A stretch of 64,000 nucleotides of DNA from Camelus ferus (lineage: Eukaryota). The position numbers and the translations under genes are program-made. Position 1 is the first letter of the stretch. Every line of letters starts with the position of its first letter. Below are positions 14,141-25,800 of the stretch, piece after piece. A model generated the notes under the pieces. The model was not told where the DNA came from. It was given only the letters and a program-made list of their open reading frames with translations, and did no database searches. The stretch covers positions 87,360,001 to 87,424,000 of the forward strand of contig NC_045696.1 in NCBI RefSeq assembly GCF_009834535.1, in the 5' to 3' direction.

Positions 14141-15717
14141 CTAGACCATCAAATTAGATTCAAACATCTTTGGTAAGTAGGAATTGAGTGTCTACTATAG
14201 TTTTAGTTCTGTACTTTGATCTAACATTTGTGAATCGCTGTCCCTATTCTCCCATTGACATTACAGTCAAAGGAAAACCCCGGGGTGCAGGGAGGGTGTG
14301 TATTAGAATGAAGGCATACGTTTCATTTTGCTAAGTGATGGTATCAATAATGGTATATATATAAATACACTGGTCAATGATTTTCCACAAATTTTAACCG
14401 GATGATGTCAAATTAAGGGAAGATAGGGATTAACTGATCCTAATCGTTGACCTCACATGGTTGGAACAGCGTCTCTTTTCCTCATATTCTCAGATCAATT
14501 CATAAACTATATATGTATAAACAGAAAATAAAACTTGATACTGATATATGATGAAAAACAAAAGTACATTAAGACAAGTTCGGAAGGAGAGTTGCAAAAA
14601 ACATCGGAACTTTGAACTTAGTGCAGTGTGGATAAAGAGACTGACAGGGCCAAGTCAGAGGATCTTGGCTGATTTCTTAGTGTTTTCTTGGGCCAGGTTT
14701 GAAACTCTGTTCTAAAAAGATGTTATAGGCACTGGCTGGCCTATGTCTGGCATATATATAAGTGTATCCCTCGGTTAAGCTAGGTTACAAATGGCAATAA
14801 AACATTCTGATTTATATTCTTTTTTAAATTTAAGCTTTGGTTATAAGAGAAGGAAACAATTGTAACTGTCAAATTGTGTACAACCAATTGCATATTGTCA
14901 TTCACTTTAGTTTCCGAGGGATAATAGGCATGATATCTATGATAATCAATTCCTATTATTTTATTATTATAATTAATCTTAGAGCCTGCAAGATAATGGA
15001 ATGCATTGTTCCAGGAAGAGAATATAGTGTAGGAGAGTCAGAGTATTTAATTAACTAATAAATATTTAAAATGAGTTTTTAAAGAGAACTTTGTTAACTG
15101 CGTGGTTATATAAGTATGGGAATTCGGGTAAGAAGAACTGAAAACTCATTTTATTAACTGACCAGCAAAACAAAGAAATTTAGGCATGAATATAGGCAGC
15201 ACAGTTCTGACATCCTTTCAAACACTGGAAAGTGGGAGGAACTCGAATGGAGTCTGGCAGCATTGCGCAGGGCTTAAAAATGCCGGAAAGCACAGAAGGA
15301 CTTCTGCAAACTATAGAAATACATTTTATTTAATAACTAGAGGAGCCCAAGACCCTCTTGAGCACTGCATCTTTTGTTTTTTCCTGTTATTATCGTGATG
15401 AAAACAGCAGCAATCTGTCTCTCCTATCTGTAGGAATCACTGCATGGAACAAAGCAACAGAACACAACCACAGGAGCTGATGAATGTCATTTACTGGTGG
15501 CATCCCTGGGGTCGACTTGACTGGAGGTAGCTGCTGCATTAGTTGCTTCCCACCCTCACTCTTGTGCTGACAAACGAGAGATTTAATGACTAGTGAATGC
15601 AGAATAGAAATATCTAATTGTTCATATACCCTATGAACTTGTTCCCACTTTGAAAGACTTTGCCTTCTTGATAAAGATAAAACTACCCTAATTTTAGAGG
15701 GATGAGGGATAACCAGG

Positions 15718-15822
15718 TTTATTTATTTATTTTCTAATTATTTTTAATGGAGGTACTGGGGATTGAACCCAGGACCTCATGCATGCTAAGCACAGACTCT
15801 ACCACTGAGCTATACCCTCCCC
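15718..15822 (-). mobile_element. tRNA-Ala(AGC)-derived SINE, camelid Vic-1 type
   Basis: Reverse strand reads GGGGAGGGTATAGCTCAGTGGTAGAG (A box)...CTTAGCAT...GGTTCAATCCCC (B box) AGTACCTCCA plus an A-rich tail; degraded flanking repeat tgagggataaccaggttt / tgaagactaacctaattt. Confidence 0.9.
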
Positions 15823-18044
15823 TGAAGACTAACCTAATTTTTTAAAAACATGCCATATACAGATATTTTAAGGAATATTCAACAAGCTCCAGAGCCAATC
15901 CCAAAGCAAATCTCAAAATCTCAAAAAGATAACTTAAGCAAGAGCAACAGAATGGTAAAAAAAAATTGTATAGTTCAACTAAAGTGACTATTCTGAAGAT
16001 AAACGCATACTGAGATGCGTTAAGGCCTGTTGTGTTCTCTACAAAATCGGTCTCATTAATAGATATATATGAATATATTTTCAAACCTCATATACCTCTG
16101 AGTCCATATCATAAGACTATCTGCTTCAATTAATGAAAGGCAGATTACAAAGGGAAAAAGGAGTACCCAGAGAATTATATTAGAACAACAAAGCTATTAG
16201 TAACACTCAGCACAGAAGCACTGAAGTGTTTTAAGTAAGAAGCACTGTTGATTTTTCTAGTCCATGTTCTAGAGACAAAATAAAACCTTTAAGTACATTT
16301 GCATACATTAATACCAGGAGGAGTTATAGAAAGATTAAAGCCAATATCTGTGCTAATATTTAATCACCCTCTTCTTTGATTCTCTCTCCAATGATTTAAA
16401 GAAGCAGGTGTTAATTGTACCAAGAAAACTATTTGTAGAGAAAATAAATACCCTTTGGCCAATGAGCTATTCACTGAAATGAGGTCATCTGACCCTACCT
16501 AGCTCAGATAATTATATTGGTTGACATTACATCTCATGAAAGTCCCCCCATCCTTTTAAAAAATATCTTGAGTATGTTTCTATCTGCTGAAGCTTACACC
16601 TGATTCACTTCTTTCTAGACTAGATATTAAGACTATTGGAACTTTATTTTTCCCTAGACTCCTATTCACTGATATGCACAGTGCTCCAAGAAACATGCTT
16701 CATTTACCCAGAGAAAGAACCCTACAGTGTATCTCAAGCCTGAAGGCATTGATATACAGCACTTCATTTGGAGACCCAGTTAGCGGAAATGATCCTGGGG
16801 CACGCTGGTTTCTTATAGGTATTAATTGCTGAAGAAAGCAGTTTAGGCCTCAAGAGTACACCCAAAGCCGTATGGTAAAGTAAGAACTGAAAGAGTGATC
16901 AAAAATATGTTTTAAAATCATACATATGCATGTATGTATGTGTATGTGTAATTTGGGAAAAAACTAAATTAGTAAAAAATAACCGATTTCTCTATTTTTA
17001 AAGATCATATAGACTTCTAGTCATTAATTACTCAACAGACACTTTATATATTGTATCAGAATTCAAAATTAAAACAGGAGAAACTAAGGCATAATGATTT
17101 AATTTTCATTCTAATAACTTCAAAAATAAGTATTTTTCAGATGAAGTCAAAAGTTGACTCTGCCTATGTATTTAAGGAGTTAACATTATTGGAAAAACGA
17201 CACAGATTACAAAAAGTAATTACTGCGGCTATTACTATAGAAATACTCTATTTCTGGTAAGTGACTTTCTTGGGTAAAATCATCAAAAACATACCTGATA
17301 TGGTTATCATTTCATGGATGAATCTTTCACCCAGCATCTGACATATTATGTCCACACATTTGATCCTGTAGCTGTGCATTCAGACAATGGGTGATAAGGA
17401 AAATGGGGAAAGAGATAACAGAACTGCCCTTTTATATCCAGTCTTCCCTTCTGAATGCAGCTACAGGGGATACTTCCTATAGCACATGAACATCTTTTGG
17501 CAAACGAGAACCACACACACTAGGGGATCACTTCAGTATGATATTGATGCCCAATGATTACATTCCAGCCTCTTAAAGATATAGATTAACAAGTTTCCAA
17601 CTCCACCCTGATTTCCAATAATAATTGAATATTACCTCATCTACCCTCTAAATATTTGAATTAGCTGAATAATCAAGGTAATTTAGTTAACCTCCTTCCA
17701 AGCACAGAATTCTTAGAAATACTCAAATAAAAAGTGTTTAAAATATAACCTATTATCCATTACCTCACTTGCCAGTTCTTTTCCTGACACCTATTTCTAT
17801 AAAGCACCCCAGTTTCAAAACTTCAACGTATTTAACACTGTACTAAAAAAAATAAGAATTTAAAAATAGTTTAATTTAAATTTTTATGCATTGAAGCATA
17901 TACTCAATCTAATTTCAAAATATTTAAAATGATTTTAATGTTTTGCCTAATATAACATTGATTAAATTTGAAGAGAAATATGACATGCAAGCACCAATAG
18001 GAGGAAGTTCTAATGTATTGAAAATTATCTTCTACTAGGTATTT

Positions 18045-19999
18045 AACTAAATGTTTAATTTTAAAAATCACCCAACAATACACATATGAAGACCCAAAGT
18101 AAAAACACACACCATTTACAAACACTGCAGAGAAAATGAAATAGTTATGTAAAAACTTAATAACATATGCAGAATCTATATGCTGCAGTTAAAAATGCTT
18201 ATGAAAGAAATGAAAAAAAGCTAAATAAATTGAGATCATATGGTGTTCGTGGATTGGAAGATTCAACATAGAAAGTTAATTTTCCCCAAATTGATCCACA
18301 CATTTAATGCAATTCCTATCAAAATCTAAAAAAAAGTGTTTTGTAGACATAAACATGCTTATTCTAAAGTTTAGTTGGAAAGACACAGGCCCCCAAATAA
18401 CTAAATCGATTATCAAATAGAAGCACAAGGTAGAAAGAATCACTCTGCTGAAGATGAAGTCTTACTACAGAGCTACAGTAATCCAGAAGGTGTCGTATGG
18501 GGAAAAGGATAAATACATAAATCAACAGAACAGAATACAGACCCCAGAAAAAGAACTACGAAACATCCAACTGCTTTTTCACAGTGGTGCACAAAAGCAA
18601 CTTATTGGAGGAAGGATAAACTTTTCAACAAATGATGCTAAAGCGACTGGACATCCATGAGAGAGTGGGAGGAAGTTTGACTTAATTCTCACACCTTGTA
18701 CAAAATCAATCCAAGGTTGATCATGGGTTTAAATATTAAATATAAAATGAAGATATATTAAAATATTTAAGATCTAAGATGAAGCAAAGAGATCTTAGAC
18801 CCAAAAGAAAACACTGATCAATTAGATCTCATCAAAATTAAACTTCTGGTTTGCAGAAGACTCTTAAGAAAATGAAAAAACAAGTACAGACTGGGAAACA
18901 TATTTGCAAACCATACATCTGACAAATAACTAGTATCTAGCATACATACAAAACTGTCAAAACTCAGCATTAAATAAACATTACAATTACAAAATAGGCA
19001 AAAGAAATGAACAAGCATTTTACCTAAGAGGACATAAAGATGGCAATTAAATACATGAAAAAGTATTCAACATCAGTAAATACCAGGGAAATGAAAATTA
19101 AAACTACCATGACATACCACTACATATGTAACAAAATTGCTAATATAAAAATATTGACATCCTCAAATTCTGGTAACGATAAAAAAAGAAAAAATATATT
19201 GCTAGTGGAATGTAAAATTGATACAGTTAATTGGAAAAAAGAGTTTGGAAATTTTTTCTAAAACATGCCTTTACCGTATATAACCAAGCAATTGAAATGT
19301 TGGCCATTTATGCCAGAGGAATGAAAATTTAAGTTCACTTAAAACTTGTGACTGAACGCCCATAACAGCTTTATTTATTGTAATGAAAATAGGAAATAGT
19401 CTATGTGCCTTTCCAGGAATGAATGGTTAAACAATCAATGGTATATTCTCACCATGGAATACTAGTAAACATCAAAAAAACAATCAACTATTTGTATACA
19501 CAGTAACTTAGATGAATCTCAGGAGAATTATGAGTGAAAAATGCCAATTCCAAAAGTTAAAATACTTAAGATGCCATGTAATTATAACTGTATAATAACA
19601 TCTTGAAATGACAAAAATGATAGAACTGCAGAACAGACTAGTAGTTATGAGGTTTTGGGGGAGAGGTGAGTGAAGTCATAAAATGGCAACAGAAAAGATC
19701 TCTGTGATAGTAGCACTGTTCTGTATCTTGACTATAGTGATGGATATATGAACTTACATATACGATAAAACTGCTTCAGGCTAACTTCACTCAAAAATGA
19801 GTATATATAAAACTGAAAAAATGGAAAAGATTGGTGGATTATGTTAATGTCAGTTTCTTAGCAGTGCTATTATACTATAATTTTGAAAGATATCATTGGT
19901 GGAAACTGGGTAAAGAGTATAGGGTATCTTTTTGTATTATTTCTTACAACTGTATGTTAATCTCAATTGTTTCAAAATGAAAAGTTGAGTTAAAAAAAA
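18045..19999 (+). mobile_element. LINE-1 ORF2 3' half plus 3'UTR (L1MC-like)
   Basis: ORFs 18454..18660 (KSYYRATVIQKV) and 19040..19261 (MKIKTTMTYH) are L1 ORF2 remnants; A-tail near 19992. Confidence 0.92.
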
Positions 20000-20229
20000 T
20001 CATTCAATCCATTTCATCTTCTAGCAGTAAAACTGCAGTTTATTGTATACAAGGGTCTATAAATTTCAAACTCTTAGTGTTCCATCTGCTATTTCCATAC
20101 TAGGAAAGAGAGTATTTCTTGGGATAAAATGAAAGATCTAAATCCTTATGCTATTAATTATAACTAAGTGAATTTCTGCTTCTGGTATGAAGGAGTGAGT
20201 TTCTAAAACACTGATTCTCCCACAAATAA

Positions 20230-22377
20230 CTTATAAATTCTGGAATCATTTTTTAAAATAGAAACTATCCAAGGTCTTTGAACAAAAGAAGGAAGATTTT
20301 GGAGTGGAAATGAGATTTGGAACAAGGTCATTTTTGTACTTAGTGGTGGCATAAGCAGTTTAAACACTGGTAGAAAATCTTTCATCTTTTTGGACAAAGG
20401 AAACAGAAGGAGGAGCTCAAAAAATCTGGGTGCCTGGAGACTAAGGAAAGGAGAAAGGAGAAAGCCAGAGAAGGAGATTCCTTAAATATGTGTACATAAA
20501 AAAACCCCACAAGTCTCTGGCAAAATACTGAAACAAACATACATGGGGCCAACTGCTTATAGCTTGTATATCGATTACAGTGTTTATTAGAGCCTAACCA
20601 AGTTAGTTACCTGCTAAAACTCTGTAATAATATAAAAAAAATTCAGTGTTTATGTAAAAGGAAAGAACAAATCTGACTCTAACCCTGTGCTATGTTTCCT
20701 GTACTTAGTCATGCTGGTTCTGCATCTTTTGTAAAAGAATGTTGCCTGTAGCCTGAAATATACAGGATAGCCCATTCTCTAGGCTCTGATCTTTAAGGGT
20801 ATAACACTTTTTCATTCACAAAGAGATAAAAATTTGCAGAACAGAGAATAACAGTTGTCCTGGTGGAGGTTTACAGGAACATTGTGATTTGACCCAGGTG
20901 GACAGGGGCAAAAACAAAGGATTCTGACACCAAGAAGTTTGCAACAACCCACCACACTCCCTCCCCTTTTTAGTATAAAAGGAGCCTGAATTCTGATTTG
21001 GGTTATGGTTCTCTAGGATATTAGTCCACCATCTTCTTGGTCTGCTGGCTTTTCAAATAAAGTAGTTATTTCTTGGCCTAAAACCTTGTCTCCTGACATA
21101 TCGGCCTGTAGTGCAGCAAGCAGAACAAGTTTGGACTCACTAGCATTTACAACATAACATTCAAAATGTCCAGCATTAATCCAAAATTATTTGACATATT
21201 AACAGCCAAGAAAATATGACCTATTTTCAAAGGAGAAAATCAATACACATCAATCTCAAGATGACACAGATATTGGAATTATCAGACAATGACTCTAAAG
21301 CAGCTATTAAAATTCTGGTCAATGAAGTAAAGATATATGCTCTTAATAAATAAAATGAGGAATAATAGCAAAGAATTATAAATATAATAAAATAACAAGA
21401 TTGAAAATGTTTAGTGAAAATACAATTTGTAATATAAAAATATACTGAGCAATTGTAATTTAATTACAAATTGGAGAGGAAAGAAAAAGGTTGTCAGTGA
21501 AATGTGATGGAATAATTGGAAAAAAATGAATTAATTTGAGGGGCAGACAGAATGATTTTAAATGAAGAACAAAGCCCCAAGTACCTGTGAGACAATTTCA
21601 AAATGTCTTTTATATGTGAAATTAAAATATTAGAAGAAGAGTAAATTATTTGACAACAATTTTTGTTGAGGCCAAAAATTTATCCTAAATATGGTTGAAG
21701 AGCAAAGTTTAAAGATTTAAGAGGTTCAGCTATTATAGAGAATTTCAGATCCTCAAAAATGAATGCAATGTGTTGTATATGGTACACACACACAAAAGTA
21801 AATAAAGACAAATTTTCCTTTAAAATCTTTAAAATACGTATGACTATATAGAGCAAAACTATAGAATTATATTTAAATATATTAGAAATAAAGTAAGATC
21901 TAAAAACCAGTGTCCTCAGGATTAGCTTTATGTAGCTAAGGAAAACAAAAAGAGCAGGTTTAAGACACACTAAGTGGAAAAAGGATTTAATAAAGCGAAG
22001 AGTACATTAAGAAACTGATAAATTTCTACCTAGACTAACCCAGAAGAAAATATTTAAGGCAAATCACCAATATTAGGCATTAAATTTATAACACCAAATC
22101 CTGTAGCCTTGAAAGGCAAATAAATTATTTTGAGCAACTTTATGATGATATATCTGATGGCAGATAAAATGGACAAACTTGTTTTTTAACATTTATAAGC
22201 TAACAAAATTTACTCAAGAAGAAATAGATACCATGAATAGTCTTATATTTATTACAGAAATTGAATTTTTAATTACACAGCTTTGCATTAAAAAAAAGAA
22301 ATCTTCCAGTCCCATGTGCCTTCATTGTCAATTTCAAACACATAAGGAGGAAGTAGTACCAACTGTATACAAGCTGG
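20230..22377 (+). mobile_element. Old LINE-1 5'/ORF1/ORF2 fragments, interrupted by an LTR at 20653-21145
   Basis: ORF1-like gatgacacagatattggaattatcagacaatgactctaaagcagct; ORF 22179 (KFTQEEIDTMNSLIFITEIEF) is ORF2-like; left boundary approximate. Confidence 0.75.
20653..21145 (+). mobile_element. ERV1 solo LTR, MER41-like
   Basis: TG...CA ends; 4-bp TSD TTTA (20649-20652 and 21146-21149); TATAAAA and AATAAA; MER41-like terminus gcagaacaagtttggactcactagca. Confidence 0.9.
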
Positions 22378-22815
22378 TTTTTTTCTTTCTAATTGTGGTA
22401 AGAACACTTAATATGAACTCTGCCTTCTTAACAGATTTGAAGTGTGCAATACAGTAATATCAACTATAGGCACAATGCTGTTGAGCAGAACCTGAGAACT
22501 TACCTTGCGTAGTTGAAACCTTATACTGTTGAACAATGACTCCCTGTTTCCCTCTCCCCACCCAGCCTGTAAACCACTGTTCTGTTTCTGTAAGTTTTAC
22601 TATTTTACTACCTCGTATTTAGTACCTCATTTAGTACCTCTGTTTCTATGAGTTTGACTACTTTAGATTCCATATAGGTGGAATCACACATAACTTAGCC
22701 ATTGTGAATAATACAACAATAAACATGGGCAAAAGACTTGAATAGGTATTTCTCCAAAGAAGACATACAGATGGCCAGCAGGTACATGAGAAGATGCTCA
22801 ACATCACTAATCATT
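22378..22815 (-). mobile_element. LINE-1 3' end (L1MA-like) with an inverted 5' segment
   Basis: T-rich tail at 22378 and antisense 3'UTR to ~22729, then sense ORF2 sequence tgggcaaaagacttgaataggtatttctccaaagaagac. Confidence 0.85.
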
Positions 22816-22935
22816 TGTGCACTGTCTACGTCCGCTTTCATGTTACAGCTGCAAAGCTGAGTATGTGACGTAGGCCTGCTAAGCCTGAAATATTTGCTAT
22901 ATGGTGCTTTGTAAGCAAGTTTACTGACCCCTTGT
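22815..22935. mobile_element. MER58-like fragment
   Basis: gcaaagctgagtatgtgac...aagcctgaaatatttgctatatgg...aagtttactgacccct. Confidence 0.7.
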
Positions 22936-23030
22936 ATATTAGATTACAATTAACTTTTGTATATTAACCTTGTATCCTGTGACCTTGCTGAATTCACTTA
23001 ATTTTAAGAGTTGTTTTGCAGATTCCCTGG
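22936..23030 (-). mobile_element. LINE-1 ORF2 fragment
   Basis: ttgtatattaaccttgtatcctgtgaccttgctgaattcactta is antisense to the L1 RT region. Confidence 0.7.
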
Positions 23031-23219
23031 GGGAGCGCAGGCTCTACTGAAGAAAGAAAGGTATTGGACAATAAAGTAGCTGCTGGACCTACTGAACACA
23101 TTTTGGCAGTTACTGGGAAAGCAAAGGTGGAAATGATCCTGGGTGTGCTGAACAAAAGGGAGAATGGGAAATGTATCAGGGACATTCTCCAATTATATGG
23201 GAGTTAAGTCCAGTCCTCG

Positions 23220-23777
23220 TGTTAGGTAGTTAGATAAGTGGGCGCACTAGGCTGATAAGGTGGACCAAAGCAAAGATGGTCAGGAAGATGGCGGTATGCC
23301 CACCTCAAGCATAAAGGGGCTTTAGTTCCTCTAAATGAGTGCCAGCAAGAAACCAGTTAGAACCCAAGAGCTGCAAGTGCATGGTAGTGAGAAGGACCTA
23401 ACTGGACATGACCCAATGCTCATTGTAATATAATTAACATTGTGTGATTTAGGCCCCATTCCCATGGGTTTTCCTGTACGCATCATGGGTAAGGACATGC
23501 ACAAAGGGGACAAACATGACTAAGCATTCCAGGGGCAAGAGCTGTCAATCAATCAAAAGACCTCCTCTAAGCGGGGGTGTAAGAGAAGGGGCACACAAAG
23601 GTCGTGGCTTTTCCTCCCTTGGATCAGCTCGCTTCCCATTCTTGGAGGTATACTTTTCCTTTGCTAATAAATTCTTTAAAAATCTTTCACTATACAATGT
23701 TCTGTCTACCATCTGAAATCTTATCTTTGGGGTATGACAAGAACTGGGGTCTTTTCCCTTCCCCTTTTAGGGTAACA
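23220..23777 (+). mobile_element. ERV1-class solo LTR (same family as 35018-35695)
   Basis: TGTTAGG...GGGTAACA ends; AATAAA near 23666; long collinear similarity to 35156-35695. Confidence 0.92.
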
Positions 23778-24013
23778 CTAATATGCTGCTAGGCAAGATA
23801 CTATGCTCTTGGCATCAGGATATGGATCAGCTCTCTTTCCCCTGAAGTCCCACTGCAATGATGCTAACAGAGGCAGAAGGATGTTGCCTATGCAGTGGTT
23901 TTGCATTACAGCCGAGGGACTTGAAGTTTGGGGAACCATCAGCTGTATAGCAAAGATAAGCAATCCTATTCTTTGTCCCAGAAGAAAAAAGAATCTCATC
24001 TCTGAAGGTTACG

Positions 24014-24726
24014 TGCTGCAAGCGTAGGACACTGACAAAGGTCCAGAGAAGTGTGTCAGAGCCTTGCACTGTTATCAAGAACATGCAGAGGCACTCATGG
24101 CCATGACAGACAGGGTGGTTTTGAGGCGGGAAGCCCCATAAAAAGACCGGCAGGACCCCTAGGCAGGGCCGCTGCTCCGACCTGCTCCAGCTCCTTGCAC
24201 CCTGCAGCCTGGCCCAGAGGCTCTATCTCACTTTTTGCTTCTAAAGCAGCTAACTTACACCTAGAATTCTATTGGTTCCCTGAGCTCATTTCTGATTGGT
24301 TATTTCCTTCACTCCTGATTGCTTATTACTCTCACTCCTGATTGGTTATTAATCTCACTTCTGATTGGTTATTACTCTCACTTCTGATTGGTCCACTTGC
24401 CTAACTTCTCATTGGTCCATTTGTAGTACTTCATTTGCATGGAGCTCACTCCTGATTGATTTCTACAAAGCTTGTTCCTGGTTGGTCAACTTCTGTTTTA
24501 CTTTATCTGCATATGATGTTGCAAAGTGTAAAACTGGCAGCCTATAAAAGGCCTATGTAAACCTACAGACAGGGTCCAGAGCTTTAAGTGTTAACTTGTC
24601 TGGGCCCGCTGGCGTGATAAACCTGAGTTCTCCAACTCTCTGAGTGCTGCTTGGTCTCTCGCCCGGATCCAGGTTGCTGTCACAACTGAGCTGTAACACC
24701 AAGCTGTAACACATTTTTCCGCAACA
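24014..24726 (+). mobile_element. ERV1-class LTR with a CCAAT-box array
   Basis: tgctgc...gcaaca ends; TATAAAA at 24543; U5-like gctgtaacac repeats; no matching TSD. Confidence 0.85.
24270..24549 (+). promoter_or_regulatory. LTR U3 promoter: tandem inverted CCAAT boxes, octamer, TATA
   Basis: ATTGG at 24271, 24295, 24341, 24364, 24387 and 24411; ATTTGCAT at 24433-24440; TATAAAA at 24543-24549. Confidence 0.7.
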
Positions 24727-25113
24727 TTTCTAGCAACTCACAATTTTGGAGGCTGAAAGTCTGAGACTGGGGCAAGCAGGGTTGGGTTTGGTGAGGCCTC
24801 TCTTCCTGGATTGCAAACAGCTCTCTTCTTGCTGTGTTCTCATATGGGGGTGGGCAGGCAGGGAGGGTGTTGGGGTGTTGGTGGAGACAGACAAGGAGAG
24901 AAAGGGAAAGGGAGAAAGGGAGAGGGAGGGAGAGAGAGGGAACAAGTTCTATAGTGTCTCTTTTTTAAGGATGTGAATCCATCATGTGGGCTCCACTCTC
25001 ATGGCCTCTTCTAACTGTAATTACTTCCTAAAGGGTTCATATCCAAATACTAACACACTGGGATTAGGGCATAAACATATTCATTGGGAGGGGATGCAGT
25101 TGAGTCCATAACA
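24727..25113 (-). mobile_element. MaLR LTR, MLT1A/B-like, missing its 3' terminus
   Basis: tcacaattttggaggctgaaagtctgaga...ggtgaggcctctcttcctgg...gggattagggc...gtccataaca. Confidence 0.88.
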
Positions 25114-25599
25114 AGGCCTATGGCAGACTGCCACTTTCAACACTCAGAGATCAAATAACAGCAGCGAAACTTATCCCTCAGATTCAGCAACTGTGAGGTT
25201 AGTAGTAAACTTGGAGTTAAGATTTCAGTGGGGCTTTTGTGGGCAGAAGTCAGATTAGAAGGGAATAAGGTATTAATAGGGGGTTGAGGAAATAGAAACA
25301 GAATATCAGAGTAGAAAACTGCTCCAAGCCCAATAAGCTCATGGTGTTAATTGCAATTAATTTTACTATTTTCTAAGATTATTTCAAAGTTTCAGTGAAT
25401 CTGACTTTGGGCCACTGCCACAATTCTAAAAGCTTTGATGTAAATACTCTATTAAATAAAGCATTCCACGTGTGGCAGCAAGTTCAAGATTCAAAGGAAA
25501 ATCATTTACCCTTTGCTTTTCTTTTGTTTGTTGTGTTTGATAAACATAGAATCCTTTTGTAATGACTATTTGCTAATTAAGCCTACTTAATTAAGAAAG

Positions 25600-25800
25600 C
25601 AAAAAACTATCACTTATTTGATGTTTCCTATATGCTAGGCTCAACATTTTTATCTCTTTTAATCCTCATAGCAATCCTTTGACATGGATTCTTTTTAATT
25701 ACCATTTTATATACTCCATTATTTTGAGGCAGAGTCTAGCTAAGAGCCCATCATTCTCATTCCTAGCCTAATGCCCTTCTCATTACTATGTACTGTCTTG
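25600..25800 (-). mobile_element. MIR fragment
   Basis: tatgctaggc...ttttaatcctcatagcaatcct...taccattttata. Confidence 0.5.

Noticed and set aside
15748..15822. Functional tRNA-Ala gene
   Set aside because: A-rich tail, degraded flanking repeat and stem mismatches indicate a SINE copy
16785..16799. 15-bp exact match (ggaaatgatcctggg) to 23129-23143
   Set aside because: A few 15-mer matches are expected by chance in 64 kb, and the flanks show no extended homology
17140..17262. Plus-strand exon-like segment (tttttcag...ctg|gtaagt)
   Set aside because: Overlaps L2-like sequence, gives no recognisable peptide and opposes the inferred transcription direction
23030..24013. Specific assignment of the unknown segment to a bornavirus nucleoprotein or a named host enzyme
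   Set aside because: Only 3-5-residue resemblances in inconsistent frames; cannot be supported without a search
24292..24416. CRISPR-like regularly spaced repeats
   Set aside because: The spacers are similar to each other, the period is only 23 bp and the context is a mammalian LTR
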